NCBI GenBank assembly: GCA_965178125.1
Contig: OZ237748.1
Location: forward strand, 62,001-126,000
From: Bilabrum cf. latius
Taxonomy: Eukaryota
Reading direction: 5' to 3'
DNA: 64,000 nt
A model generated the notes under the pieces. The model was not told the DNA's origin and searched no databases. It saw only the letters and a list, made by a program, of their open reading frames with translations. Below are positions 38,601 through 49,926 of this stretch, one piece after another; the first letter of the stretch is position 1; each line of letters begins with the position of its first letter. Both the position numbers and the translations under genes were made by a program.

Positions 38601-39820
38601 AGGGGGGTGCCAGGGCCAGGGCCAGGATCTCTAGCATCGACTCGTTTGGTGCAGACAGTGGCCGCAGCATCGCAAGTGGTATCGTTAGCAGCACCGGCGG
38701 CTCTCTGGCGCTGTCAAATCAGGGGCATCACAGAGGGATGAGCAATGGAGGAAGCAGCACCGGCGGCTCTCTGGCGCTGTCAAATCAGGGGCATCACAGA
38801 GGGATGAGCAATGGAGGAAGCAGCACCGGCGGCTCTCTGGCGCTGTCAAATCAGGGGCATCACAGAGGGATGAGCAATGGAGGAAGCAGCACCGGCGGCT
38901 CTCTGGCGCTGTCAAATCAGGGGCATCACAGAGGGATGAGCAATGGAGGAAGCAGCACCGGCGGCTCTCTGGCGCTATCAAATCAGGGGCATCACAGAGG
39001 GATGAGCGATGGAGGAAGCAGCACCGGCGGCTCTCTGGCGCTGTCAAATCAGGGGCATCACAGAGGGATGAGCAATGGAGGAAGCAGCACCGGCGGCTCT
39101 CTGGCGCTGTCAAATCAGGGGCATCACAGAGGGATGAGCAATGGAGGAAGCAGCACCGCCAGCTCTCTGGTGCTTCTACATCAAGGAAGCGAAGGGGCTG
39201 TGGGGACTCAAGGCAACCTGGCGCTAATTCTGAGCGAAACGGCTCTAAAGAGCTAGCCGGCATCATCGCCCTCGCTTGGCCGCTGGCCAGGGAGGGCGCA
39301 GTCCCGCGAGATGCAGATCGATTCAATGAGAGTCGCTGCCTCTGCGGCTCGAAGACGAGGACGGCATGGTCCATAGGAGACTGGTGCGGCCGCATTTGGC
39401 AGCCCGGTGGCAAGCAAGCAGCAGCATACTGCGCAAGCCGAGAAAACGGCCGCGCGCGAGCAGACTATGTCTTCGTCTGAATCCAGCGACGATGATGGCG
39501 CCGCTCTCCTTGCCACAACGACAGCTGTCCCGGCCCCATTCCGAAGGCCTAGTCAGCACCAGGCCGAGCAAGGCAGTCTGCAGCCGGGTACCGCACCATC
39601 GGAGGCCGAAATGAGGCATCCGCGGCCATTGTCTCTTGTGGTCTCCATCGAGCTCCGGCAGATCATCGTCACACCCCTCTTCGTGATCAGGGTAGTGGAC
39701 CCTGATGGGGCTTGGGGCCGGTGGATGGCCAAAGGAAGCACGCAAGCGGCGCTGCAGAGGATGCTGGGGGCGAAGGGGCTGGTGACCATGGAGATGGTGG
39801 AGCATGAGAGCCGTCGATGA
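35638..39820 (+). CDS. Unknown tandem family, paralog 2 (MGCGLS N-terminus); intron 35710..35806
   Basis: Phase-0 GTAAGC...CGCAG intron. Exon 2 is in one frame to TGA 39818, with only TAG interruptions. Same conserved blocks as paralogs 1 and 3. Confidence 0.8.
38687..39187 (+). repeat. In-frame 66-bp coding minisatellite, 7 copies plus a degenerate partial (SSTGGSLALSNQGHHRGMSNGG)
   Basis: Near-identical 66-bp units inside paralog 2, absent from paralogs 1 and 3. Confidence 0.95.
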
Positions 39821-39923
39821 TGCTGGTGGCGAAGGGGCTGGTGACCATGGAGATGGTGGAGCATGAGAGCCGTCGATGATGCTGGTGGCGAAGGGGCTGG
39901 TGACCATAGAGATGGTGGAGCAT
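39760..39923 (+). repeat. 59-bp unit, ~2.8 copies, spanning the stop of paralog 2
   Basis: Same unit as the 47928..49638 array. Confidence 0.9.
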
Positions 39924-40704
39924 TCGTGAATCTGTCTTTGTCGATTCATCAAGTTGGAAGCCCAACAGTTTTTGAACTTCCACGGAGGCTCGATGACGTC
40001 CTGTGAGGTTCTATAGGGTTCTATGGGGTTCGATCAAGATGGGACCGCCGTGTTGCAGGCTGATGGCAAGCAAGAATCTGCTCCGAAAAGGGGCGCCAGA
40101 CGCACGCACAGCACAGTGCACAGTAGCGCACGATTGTTTGCACTCGTCACAGGGCCGGGTGTGCAGGGCGACCGGTGGCCCGTGCCCAGCCCAACCTCTG
40201 ACGCGAATCCAGGATAGCCTGGTTGGCTTGACTTTGGCAGATGCATATTTATTGTTTATGTTACATTCATCCATTGCATGGTCGTTCCATATGCACGGAA
40301 TCAGGGGTTCATGCATCGGTAGTGGAGCCAATCGAAACTTGCATGACAGCCAGCTTTTTGACGCTTGCCAATCCAACTTGTCTCGTACACGTCGAGTCCA
40401 TGTTGATAAAGGAACATTGGCGGCATACATGTGGTGTTTATGCTCCAGAAAAAGGTTCATTCGCTTGTCACTGCGGCTGGTGTAAGCTGCGACCAATCCG
40501 GTCGCACGATCTTCGGGTTCCGATTGGTTCGTTGGGTTCGTACCCTGCTTTCCGTCGGCGATGCGAACAAGAATTTGCTCTGATTACGATAGTTTAGTAC
40601 AAGTGGTGAAATTGAGAGGACATTTTGATCAGATATCAGCGCTCATATATTGTTGGAAGCTTTGATCACGTTGTCCAAGGTCACAGAAAATCAAAAGTTG
40701 CTGC

Positions 40705-43700
40705 ATGGGATGTGGCTGGTCGGTGCAACCTCAAGCTGCATCGGTTTCGCAGCCAGAAGAGCAATCTCTGAACGTAAGCTAGATCTACTGCATGATTAAG
40801 CAAGCCACTGCCATTACGGGTCTCTCCTCCTAGCACTTGTAACTATCCTGCCCCAATAGCGAGCCACCGGATACACAACTCGCAGCGATCCAACTAGCAC
40901 GCATGCACTAAGAAGGTGATGTGTCACGACCAGGCTAATATTGGCTCAAGTTCCGATCCCACGCTGTCAGTTGTTATTTCGAGGGAAGTAGGCCGGCCTA
41001 AAGGGTCGCATGCGGGCCTGTCTCAGCCAAGCCTAAACCTAGAGGCTAGATCTACTTGTAAGCCGCTTGAAGTCAACGACAGGCATGCGCCAAATGAAAG
41101 AACATTCAAGTACTGGGTCATGGGAATCAGGCATACCAAAGGGTCAAGACCTTTCTTTGCTCCATCGCACGGCGAGGCATTCTCGCTGAAGGCTCACTTG
41201 GGCAGGCTTGCGGAATACCGGGGCGGGCCGGCTTGGCACGATGAAATTGTAGACTCCACGAAGATTCGCCACGACCGGAGGCGCATCACTTCCAGGCAAG
41301 CAAGTACGAAGTTGCAGGGATCTTCAGCTGGGCAGCACACCTCGTCCATCGCGCCGTTGCAGCAGTCAAGGCCCAGCGAGGCCTTCAAGAAACTGCTGCT
41401 GCAAGTCGCCGTCACCCAGCAGCCAGACCAGCCCAGCTCTGCCAGCATTCTGCTCACTCTGGGAAGGATCAGGGCCGAGGCCCAGCATGTTGCAGAAATG
41501 GCCACGGATACCGACGGGCATGGGCGCGACAGGACGGTCGCATTGACTGCCGGCAAATCCGCGCAGGAGGTCGCGGAAATGGCCTGGTAGGAACACCACT
41601 GCAAGCCGAGCTCCAGCACGACCAGTGCAGGCTGCACGCGGGCATTGAGAAGCTCTGCAGCTGCAACGACTCGAGCGCAGGGACGAGCAAGAGCGAGTGC
41701 CCGTCGCACGCGCCTTCGATTGCTCCCGGTGGCGATGGGGGGGAGCGCAGAACCGCACGTTGAGATTGCCGGGGGACATCCCATGTACGAGGTAGTGCCC
41801 GGTGAAGGTTCCTCCTCGCCGAAGGTTCGCCAGGAGTGCTCCCGATATGGCATCCTGCACTCTGCGACTCACGCGTGGAGGAGTCTGGGGGTGGCCATGG
41901 CAGTGGCGAGGACTGCATTGCACTGCAGAGAGGACCGGGCGGAATCGCAAGGCCAGCCTCGGGGCAACGGTGGCGTGCGTGCGCTGTTAGGCCCATCATC
42001 TTCCCCACGCAAACAGTATTCTACTTACGTCCAGGCCAAGCATGAAGGCACAGGTCAACGGCACGAGCACGAGCACGAGCACGAGCAGCATCAGGACCGT
42101 GGGGGACATGTGGAAGGGATCCCGAAAGGCCGCTCGAATGCCGCGCTCGTCATAGAGTACGTACATCCGACCGCAGTGCACCCTGTTTCGAGTGTGACGA
42201 GTGCACCGGGACCTCCTCGATAGGCCTCCTCCACGCCCCCGCGGGCAGCAGCAGCAGCTCAAGCAGCAGCAGCTGCACCAGCAGCAGCTGCAGGGGGGAC
42301 CTCGTCTTCCTCTTCGATTGCGGCCGGGGAAATCTCTAGGCTAAGGAACACTGACAGGCGCGTATCCGTGCAGCTAGATCATGATTAGCTGGGGATTCGT
42401 GAGAAGGATACTGGCACCAAGTTGGAGGAGCATGAGGGGACTCGAGGCCAGCAGCAGCGGGATGGGCATGCACAGCTTGAAAGGTGCCCGAGCATGCGCT
42501 AGGACTGTGCGGCCTCTCGTGCTTAGGATCCGACCAGCGAAAGGATCGTGGTGCTAGCGTCTAGATCTGCACGAGGTCTGGGTGGGGCATCGAGCTCGAG
42601 TGCACTGCACGCTGGTGCACCCAGCTCCCCCCTCCGGCCCGCCTGGAGGGGCAGCAGGGCCCTCAGCAACAGCAGCGGAGGGCAGATCGGCAGGGATTCG
42701 CGCCACCCGGAAGAGGCAGGGAGCGCCAGGAGCGGGTACAGCACAGCATCGACTCGCGCGTCCAGCCTCCCTCGGAGGCATCGTCCTAGAGACATCGACA
42801 TGCCACTGCTGTTCACTGGCCGGGATATTATGCATGGCGGCAAGGGGGTGCTGCTGCTGCACCCCAACGTGAGAAAGCACGGAATGGAAGCAAACGGGCA
42901 GCGGCGGCGCAGCGCGTCGAATGTCACCAGGGGGGGGAGCTTGCGGCAGAGGTTAGACATGAGGAGCGCTGCCGGCCAATTAAAATCAAACCCACCGTTA
43001 GAACCGTCTATTGCCTGCAGAAAGGGCGGGAACAGGGCAAGTAGCCTGGGAAGGCGGTCGGACAGAGATGCTATGCAGCGCCGGGGTCGCAGAAAGAACG
43101 AGCCCGAATAGTTGCGGAAGTAGAACCCACCAGGAGACGGGTGCAATAATGTCGACCAAAGCGTCACCATCGCCATACAGACTTTGGCTGGCGGGTCTTT
43201 GCAGGACGAGCCGACACCCATGCCTGCGGCGCCGGTTCGGCTGCATGTATTTGAGAAATCCACCGGTGGATTAGCGGCAGGGCAGGCCGTAGAGCTGGAG
43301 GTACCCATCGAGGAGTCTGGCGCGCTTCGGCACAGATGGGACAGTCACCATGTTCACAGTACGAGCGTCAATGACGGCATCGAGTACCGTCGGCTGGTGG
43401 CTCGCGAAATCATCACTGCTGGCCCGCTTGGCGATGATACCCGACCCGGCGAAATCCCAACTTTCGGCACTTCCGGGATTTCGGTGATTGGTACCCCTCC
43501 GGATCGGGTCGAGATTTGAAGTCTAAATGAATACCAATTAAGCAATTGTTAATTGATATGGTTTGGTAGGTCTACTAACTACGTATTAGGCGGCTAGCTA
43601 GCCGCTAGAGTATTCCATTGATGCTTTGTGTGGCGTAGCAAAAAATTTGCTCTGACGATGACCCGTTTTTTTCAAAGCTCTGTTTCTGCCGAACTAATAG

Positions 43701-46700
43701 TTAATGCGTAGTAATTCAACTACCAGTGTAATTATACTATATGTTTTAGTAAAATATCAATTTACGTCCGGCCAGTTATATTGTTGTGCCGAGAAATGTT
43801 ATCTTAAAAAATTTCACACCAGAATTGCGCTTTGGCCAGACTGCCAGTGAATCAGCCGCTGCAGGTAAACTATAAAGATAATGATAGTGATTGTAAACTC
43901 TATTACATTACTGTATATATATAATGTGTATAGGCTACTGAATATAGCATAAGCATTTCTAAGTTTGCTGGAATAGGCTCTCTGACCAGATTCACGGGAG
44001 TGCGGTGGCTTGTGCTGATCATCAATTCACTCCTCAAATGTCGAATTTAGGACCCTAAGTTGCTAAATTTTAATCTCATTGTTTTGTTTATTGGTATATA
44101 AAGCATGGTACAACGTGAATTACCGTCTGAATGTTAATTTGTGGAGTTATACGCCTAGGAAAGTTGCCACGCGAATCAACCGATTCTTGCCCTTGACATG
44201 AATACGGCATAGTTCAAGTAAAACAATATTCCTCATCGATTGAGTGCTGCCATTCTCTAATGTACTCATCCATCAAGCATTTAAATGCTGCAGCATCATG
44301 AAATATTAAATGTCTGCTCTAGTCAACTGCGCTGTGCAGGGCAGCCTGCAGAAACTGTAGCAAGAATCTGACGTATCCAAGCAAAATAAACGGAAGACTG
44401 CAAATGAATCATTCGCCCACGTTTAACATAGGCATAATACATACCCAATTGGATTGTGTAAGCAAATTTAGACTGAGCAAGCTAGAAAGGAGCGGGGAAG
44501 TCAAGACAAGATTGGAGTGGTTGCTGACAGGCCCACGCCATCGCCAACTTTGAGCGCAATAATATGCCCACGTAAAGCACTAACACATACATGGCCTCAC
44601 GTATAGTATGTATTATAGTATTATCTACATAGGTTTTGGGAGCAATAGCTGAAACAATCCTGTTTCATGATTTCAGGCAGTAAACGAACTCCTAGTATCG
44701 GATCAAGTTTCTGACAGAGACCAACCAAGGCCCGCGGTTGAATTCCTGTAGAGCTTCATTCATTGCTGGGTTATCTAAATGAAGGCATGCATGCAATGTA
44801 TAGCATATAATACTTATAGTGAGGCTGTCATGGAAGGCTTCCGTCGTGTATTGTGGAAGATAAGTGCGACAGTATGGTTGATCCATGGCAAGTGGTGCGA
44901 GGATTTGTGTGGAGCCTGCAAGTCATGTCAAGTACATCTCAAACATTAGGGATTCCAGCTGATCTACGCCCTAGATAGGTCATTATGTGCATAAACAATC
45001 CACCAACAAGATTGCAGCTTCTTCGTCCTCTTGTGCAAATCGAACTGCTGTGTCATTGCTTAGCCCACCAGCTTGCATGCTACAAGCCCAAGTGCACCGA
45101 CCGTTGTGCACGTTCGATATCTTGCCAAATATAGACTCAAACTCAATATTGAAGCTACTTTATGATAAATATGAATACAAAATATGTATACACGTATTCA
45201 TAGCTCCAAGTACTCCTTATTCAGCATGGAATTGTAGACTGAACCACATAGTCTGGAAAGCGTCAGACACCAACTTGGGGACTCTGTTCCTAGAGTCAAA
45301 ACTTCCTTATATTTTCATGAAAGCACTATCTGCTGCCCATTTATTCTAATATATTAATCTATTAGTATGTACCAGGTGCTGAACTATTATTATTGCGAAC
45401 AGATTTGGCCCAAGCTTCATATATGCAGCATGTGTTCGCCAACAGCACATTGAACACACGTCCATACTTTCACTGCACTCAAATTGGTTCATACTTGCTA
45501 CAATACTAGTGTATATATATATGACAATATTGATTAAATATGAGGTCATTCAGACGCAATATAGCTTCGAAATCATGGAAAGGGTGCCTGGTGGCGCAGC
45601 AGCTGCTAGCATACAAAGTCACTGATCGGCGCATAATGAACTCTTTATCACCTTTAGGTGTTACATACATGTGTAAATAGTATAATATGATAGCTTGGGT
45701 ATCATAAACAATCCAAAAAACACTTCTGTACGCCTGGCATAGACATATTTCAGAAATTATTACGGGTTCGAGCTTCGTCAGATATTTGGATGCATGCGCT
45801 ATGATTGATTCAGTTACCACTACATAGTATATATATGCATGTATACATGTTATATCGATGGCGATGTGGGGTAAAAGACATTGCATTAGTGAGCAACACG
45901 ATGCATTCTGCCAACCCTTGACACATGGACGCTCAGCCATGGTGACAGGAAAATTGAACATTTAGGGGTACTTTCAACGTTTAGCACAAGACTCGCGAAT
46001 CCATTGTGTGTAACGATCATATAAACATCAAATTTTGGCATGTGGGAAGCAAATACGTTGTATTATTCCTATAGAGCTTCGATTCAATGCTGTTGGGGTA
46101 CCTGGAAATTCCCTTGATAAAATTTCTCCAGTTGCCTAAAAGTTCGCTCTAGACCACCTAATCGTATATTTAGTAAGTATTATTATAAGAACAGGGCCGA
46201 CTACAACCTTTAGGGGCAGCATTGTTCTTATTTTTGATTGGACAATTTTCGATGAGTCGAGCTCAGCAACGTGGGGTGGAGTCAACGTTCTTCACATTTT
46301 CTGCTAGAGAATAATATTGCGGAGCCGCTCAAGACTGTCATAGCAATTATATTACCTACTTAATTTGTGGATAAAGTATGGGATAAAAAACGGAGGACGT
46401 ATTTTTGTATTTGCCACTTGAAAATCGAACCTAAGAGATTGGGGGCCGTCGAGTTGAGGGCTAGTACAGACTGTCATTTTGGGACCCAGGTACCCAAATA
46501 CAGTGATATCAATTATTTATTATCTAATATATATAATAGTATTCGTTATATGTGTATTTTGGGACATGTTTTGAAGATATCGTTGCCATTTCATGTGGCA
46601 TGCTTTCGTGACCCGCAAGGGATCGAGCACCAGCTGCGTGGCGGAGGCAAATGTTTGCACACCTTGAATCTCGCCCACCGCTTGTATTCAGGAGGTAATA

Positions 46701-47988
46701 CTACTGTAATAGTTGAATAACTATACTAATATACATAAAGAGGTTTTATTTTAAACAAATACGTGATTTTACAGCAGATACGTACAGTTGAATGCCAACC
46801 TTACGAAATTTCGTCACCGAACCTTACGAAAGTTCGTACAATTTCGCCGGGTCGGATACACTCCTGAACGATGTAGAGATCTCACAGGCGATTGCCATCG
46901 GCCAGGAACCCAGGAATTAGCGAGAACGAGCGCCTGTAGTCGGACTGGCTGGCTCGAGCCGGTCTAACTTGGCCGCCGAGCCAGCGAATGTGGAGCAAGG
47001 CTCTCCCGTTCTGTCTATGCCAAGCATGCAAGTGGCACATTCTTCGGCCTTCGTCCGCCGATCCTCGGGACACAGTAGAAATTGCCAGTCTGCATAGCAC
47101 ACTGGCAACTCATCGGGTCCCACGACAGCCTCGAGTTATGCAAACTCGGGCCGAGGGCCGGGTCACCATCTGTCGGAGCTGTTTGCGCATCTCCGCGAGA
47201 GCACGAGCGGGGGCTCAAGCATCGGTGATTCGACGGGCGCAGACAGTGGCAGGAGCATCGGTCTGGGACTCGATTCGGACAGCGCCGGGGGCTCCCTCGT
47301 TTTGTCGGAACGAGAGCAGGCGAGCCAGGGCGGGAACGGGAGCGTGACCCTTCTCCGAAATAGTGGCAAGGGCGGGCAGCAGCCGGGCTCTCCCGAGCTT
47401 GGCCCGGCCCGGGCCCAGTCCCGGGAGGTGCAGATTGACGCGATCGGTATTCGGAGCAGCAGCCCTGGGGATATGCATGGGCGCTCGAGTCCACGCGTGC
47501 CGGTTGGTAGCAGGTAGATTGCAGGGAGGAAGATCGAAGATCAAGTGCCAGAGGCAGGGTCTGCCATGGTGGTGCAGGGCACTGCAGTGGAGGAGACCAT
47601 GGCAACACGGCAGTCGAGCATGTCCTCGGCATGGAGTGAAGATGAAGATGACGCTGCCCTGCTGGCCACTACCACACCGGTGTCTTCTCCATCCGGATCT
47701 TCCCCCGCAGGCGCCCATGCGAGACATCTGTCGGGTGCTGTCGGAAGCCGTGGAGGAAACATCGATGATGACCCGCTGGATGGGCGAGAGAAACCGTGCG
47801 ATGTCGTGGCCTCAGTTGAGCTCCGGCAGATCATCGTCACACCACTCTTCGTGATCAGGGTAGTGGACACAGACGGGGCCTGGGGCCGGTGGATGGCCAA
47901 GGGCAGCACACAAGCGGAGCTGCAGAGGATGCTGGGGGCGAAGGGGCTGGTGACCATGGAGATGGTGGAGCATGAGAGCCGTCGATGA
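40705..47988 (+). pseudogene. Unknown tandem family, paralog 3 (MGCGWS N-terminus), interrupted by a TIR element; intron 40774..40885
   Basis: Removing 43441..46859 restores GDDT-LLNDVEISQ (paralog 2 has GADTVVTDVVVSQ) and an open frame to TGA 47986. With the insertion present, translation stops at TGA 43517. Confidence 0.8.
43441..46855. mobile_element. AT-rich, apparently non-autonomous DNA transposon, 3415 bp, 15-bp TIR, 4-bp TSD
   Basis: CCGACCCGGCGAAAT (43441-43455) and ATTTCGCCGGGTCGG (46841-46855) form a perfect inverted repeat. ATAC is duplicated at 43437-43440 and 46856-46859. GC content drops sharply inside, and excision restores the host frame. Confidence 0.92.
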
Positions 47989-49638
47989 TGCTGGGGGCGA
48001 AGGGGCTGGTGACCATGGAGATGGTGGAGCATGAGAGCCGTCGATGATGCTGGGGGCGAAGGGGCTGGTGACCATGGAGATGGTGGAGCACGAGAGCCGT
48101 CGATGATGCTGGGGGCGAAGGGGCTGGTGACCATGGAGATGGTGGAGCATGAGAGCCGTCGATGATGCTGGGGGCGAAGGGGCTGGTGACCATGGAGATG
48201 GTGGAGCATGAGAGCCGTCGATGATGCTGGTGGCGAAGGGGCTGGTGACCATGGAGATGGTGGAGCATGAGATTCGTCGATGATGCTGGGGGCGAAGGGG
48301 CTGGTGACCATGGAGATGGTGGAGCATGAGAGCCGTCGATGATGCTGGGGGCGAAGGGGCTGGTGACCATGGAGATGGTGGAGCATGAGAGCCGTCGATG
48401 ATGCTGGGGGCGAAGGGGCTGGTGACCATGGAGATGGTGGAGCATGAGAGCCGTCGATGATGCTGGGGGCGAAGGGGCTGGTGACCATGGATATGGTGGA
48501 GCATGAGAGCCGTCGATGATGCTGGGGGCGAAGGGGCTGGTGACCATGGAGATGGTGGAGCATGAGAGCCGTCGATGATGCTGGGGGCGAAGGGGCTGGT
48601 GACCATGGATATGGTGGAGCATGAGAGCCGTCGATGATGCTGGGGGCGAAGGGGCTGGTGACCATGGAGATGGTGGAGCATGAGAGCCGTCGATGATGCT
48701 GGGGGCGAAGGGGCTGGTGACCATGGAGATGGTGGAGCATGAGAGCCGTCGATGATGCTGGGGGCGAAGGGGCTGGTGACCATGGAGATGGTGGAGCATG
48801 AGATTCGTCGATGATGCTGGGGGCGAAGGGGCTGGTGACCATGGAGATGGTGGAGCATGAGAGCCGTCGATGATGCTGGGGGCGAAGGGGCTGGTGACCA
48901 TGGAGATGGTGGAGCATGAGAGCTGTCGATGATGCTGGGGGCGAAGGGGCTGGTGACCATGGAGATGGTGGAGCATGAGAGCCGTCGATGATGCTGGGGG
49001 CGAAGGGGCTGGTGACCATGGATATGGTGGAGCATGAGAGCCGTCGATGATGCTGGGGGCGAAGGGGCTGGTGACCATGGAGATGGTGGAGCATGAGAGC
49101 CGTCGATGATGCTGGGGGCGAAGGGGCTGGTGACCATGGAGATGGTGGAGCATGAGAGCCGTCGATGATGCTGGGGGCGAAGGGGCTGGTGACCATGGAG
49201 ATGGTGGAGCATGAGAGCCGTCGATGATGCTGGGGGCGAAGGGGCTGGTGACCATGGAGATGGTGGAGCATGAGAGCCGTCGATGATGCTGGGGGCGAAG
49301 GGGCTGGTGACCATGGAGATGGTGGAGCATGAGAGCCGTCGATGATGCTGGGGGCGAAGGGGCTGGTGACCATGGAGATGGTGGAGCATGAGAGCCGTCG
49401 ATGATGCTGGGGGCGAAGGGGCTGGTGACCATGGAGATGGTGGAGCATGAGAGCCGTCGATGATGCTGGGGGCGAAGGGGCTGGTGACCATGGAGATGGT
49501 GGAGCATGAGAGCCGTCGATGATGCTGGGGGCGAAGGGGCTGGTGACCATGGAGATGGTGGAGCATGAGATTCGTCGATGATGCTGGGGGCGAAGGGGCT
49601 GGTGACCATGGAGATGGTGGAGCATGAGAGCCGTCGAT
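47928..49638 (+). repeat. 59-bp tandem array, 29 copies, derived from the last codons and TGA of paralog 3
   Basis: Unit GATGCTGGGGGCGAAGGGGCTGGTGACCATGGAGATGGTGGAGCATGAGAGCCGTCGAT; 1711 bp = 29 x 59. A few recurring variants (GAGATTCGTC, GGATATGG). No unique spacers. Confidence 0.97.
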
Positions 49639-49926
49639 GATCGAAGTATCGCTGGGGGTCAATGGCATTTTGACTATCCGGATCCAGTAGAATCTAATTA
49701 ATCGCATCCGATGATAAGGTTATTAAGCAGGGATACAGGGTACGTCAGGCACACCACCGTGACAAAGATTCTGAGTCGGTCAGCATTAACCTTTTTAATA
49801 TACGGTAGATCCTGATTCTATACACAAGGTTGTAAAAATCCGCAACCGTTTGTTCTGTGCATTCTGGATTAACGGAGCTAACACGGATGCATGGGCGCAG
49901 TGGGTTTTCGAGACCGGATCCCCGAC

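Noticed and set aside
40011-40496. 161-aa minus-strand ORF between paralogs 2 and 3
   Set aside because: No motif or homology that I can support.
43441-46855. Endogenous virophage/Polinton or autonomous transposon
   Set aside because: Only 3.4 kb with 15-bp TIRs and a 4-bp TSD. No capsid, pPolB, integrase or transposase motif is recognisable in its short ORFs.
47928-49638. CRISPR-like array
   Set aside because: Units are contiguous with no unique spacers, derive from a gene end, and there are no cas genes. The context is eukaryotic.
47541-49707. Three 580-690 aa minus-strand ORFs
   Set aside because: Artefacts of a stop-free strand of the 59-bp array.
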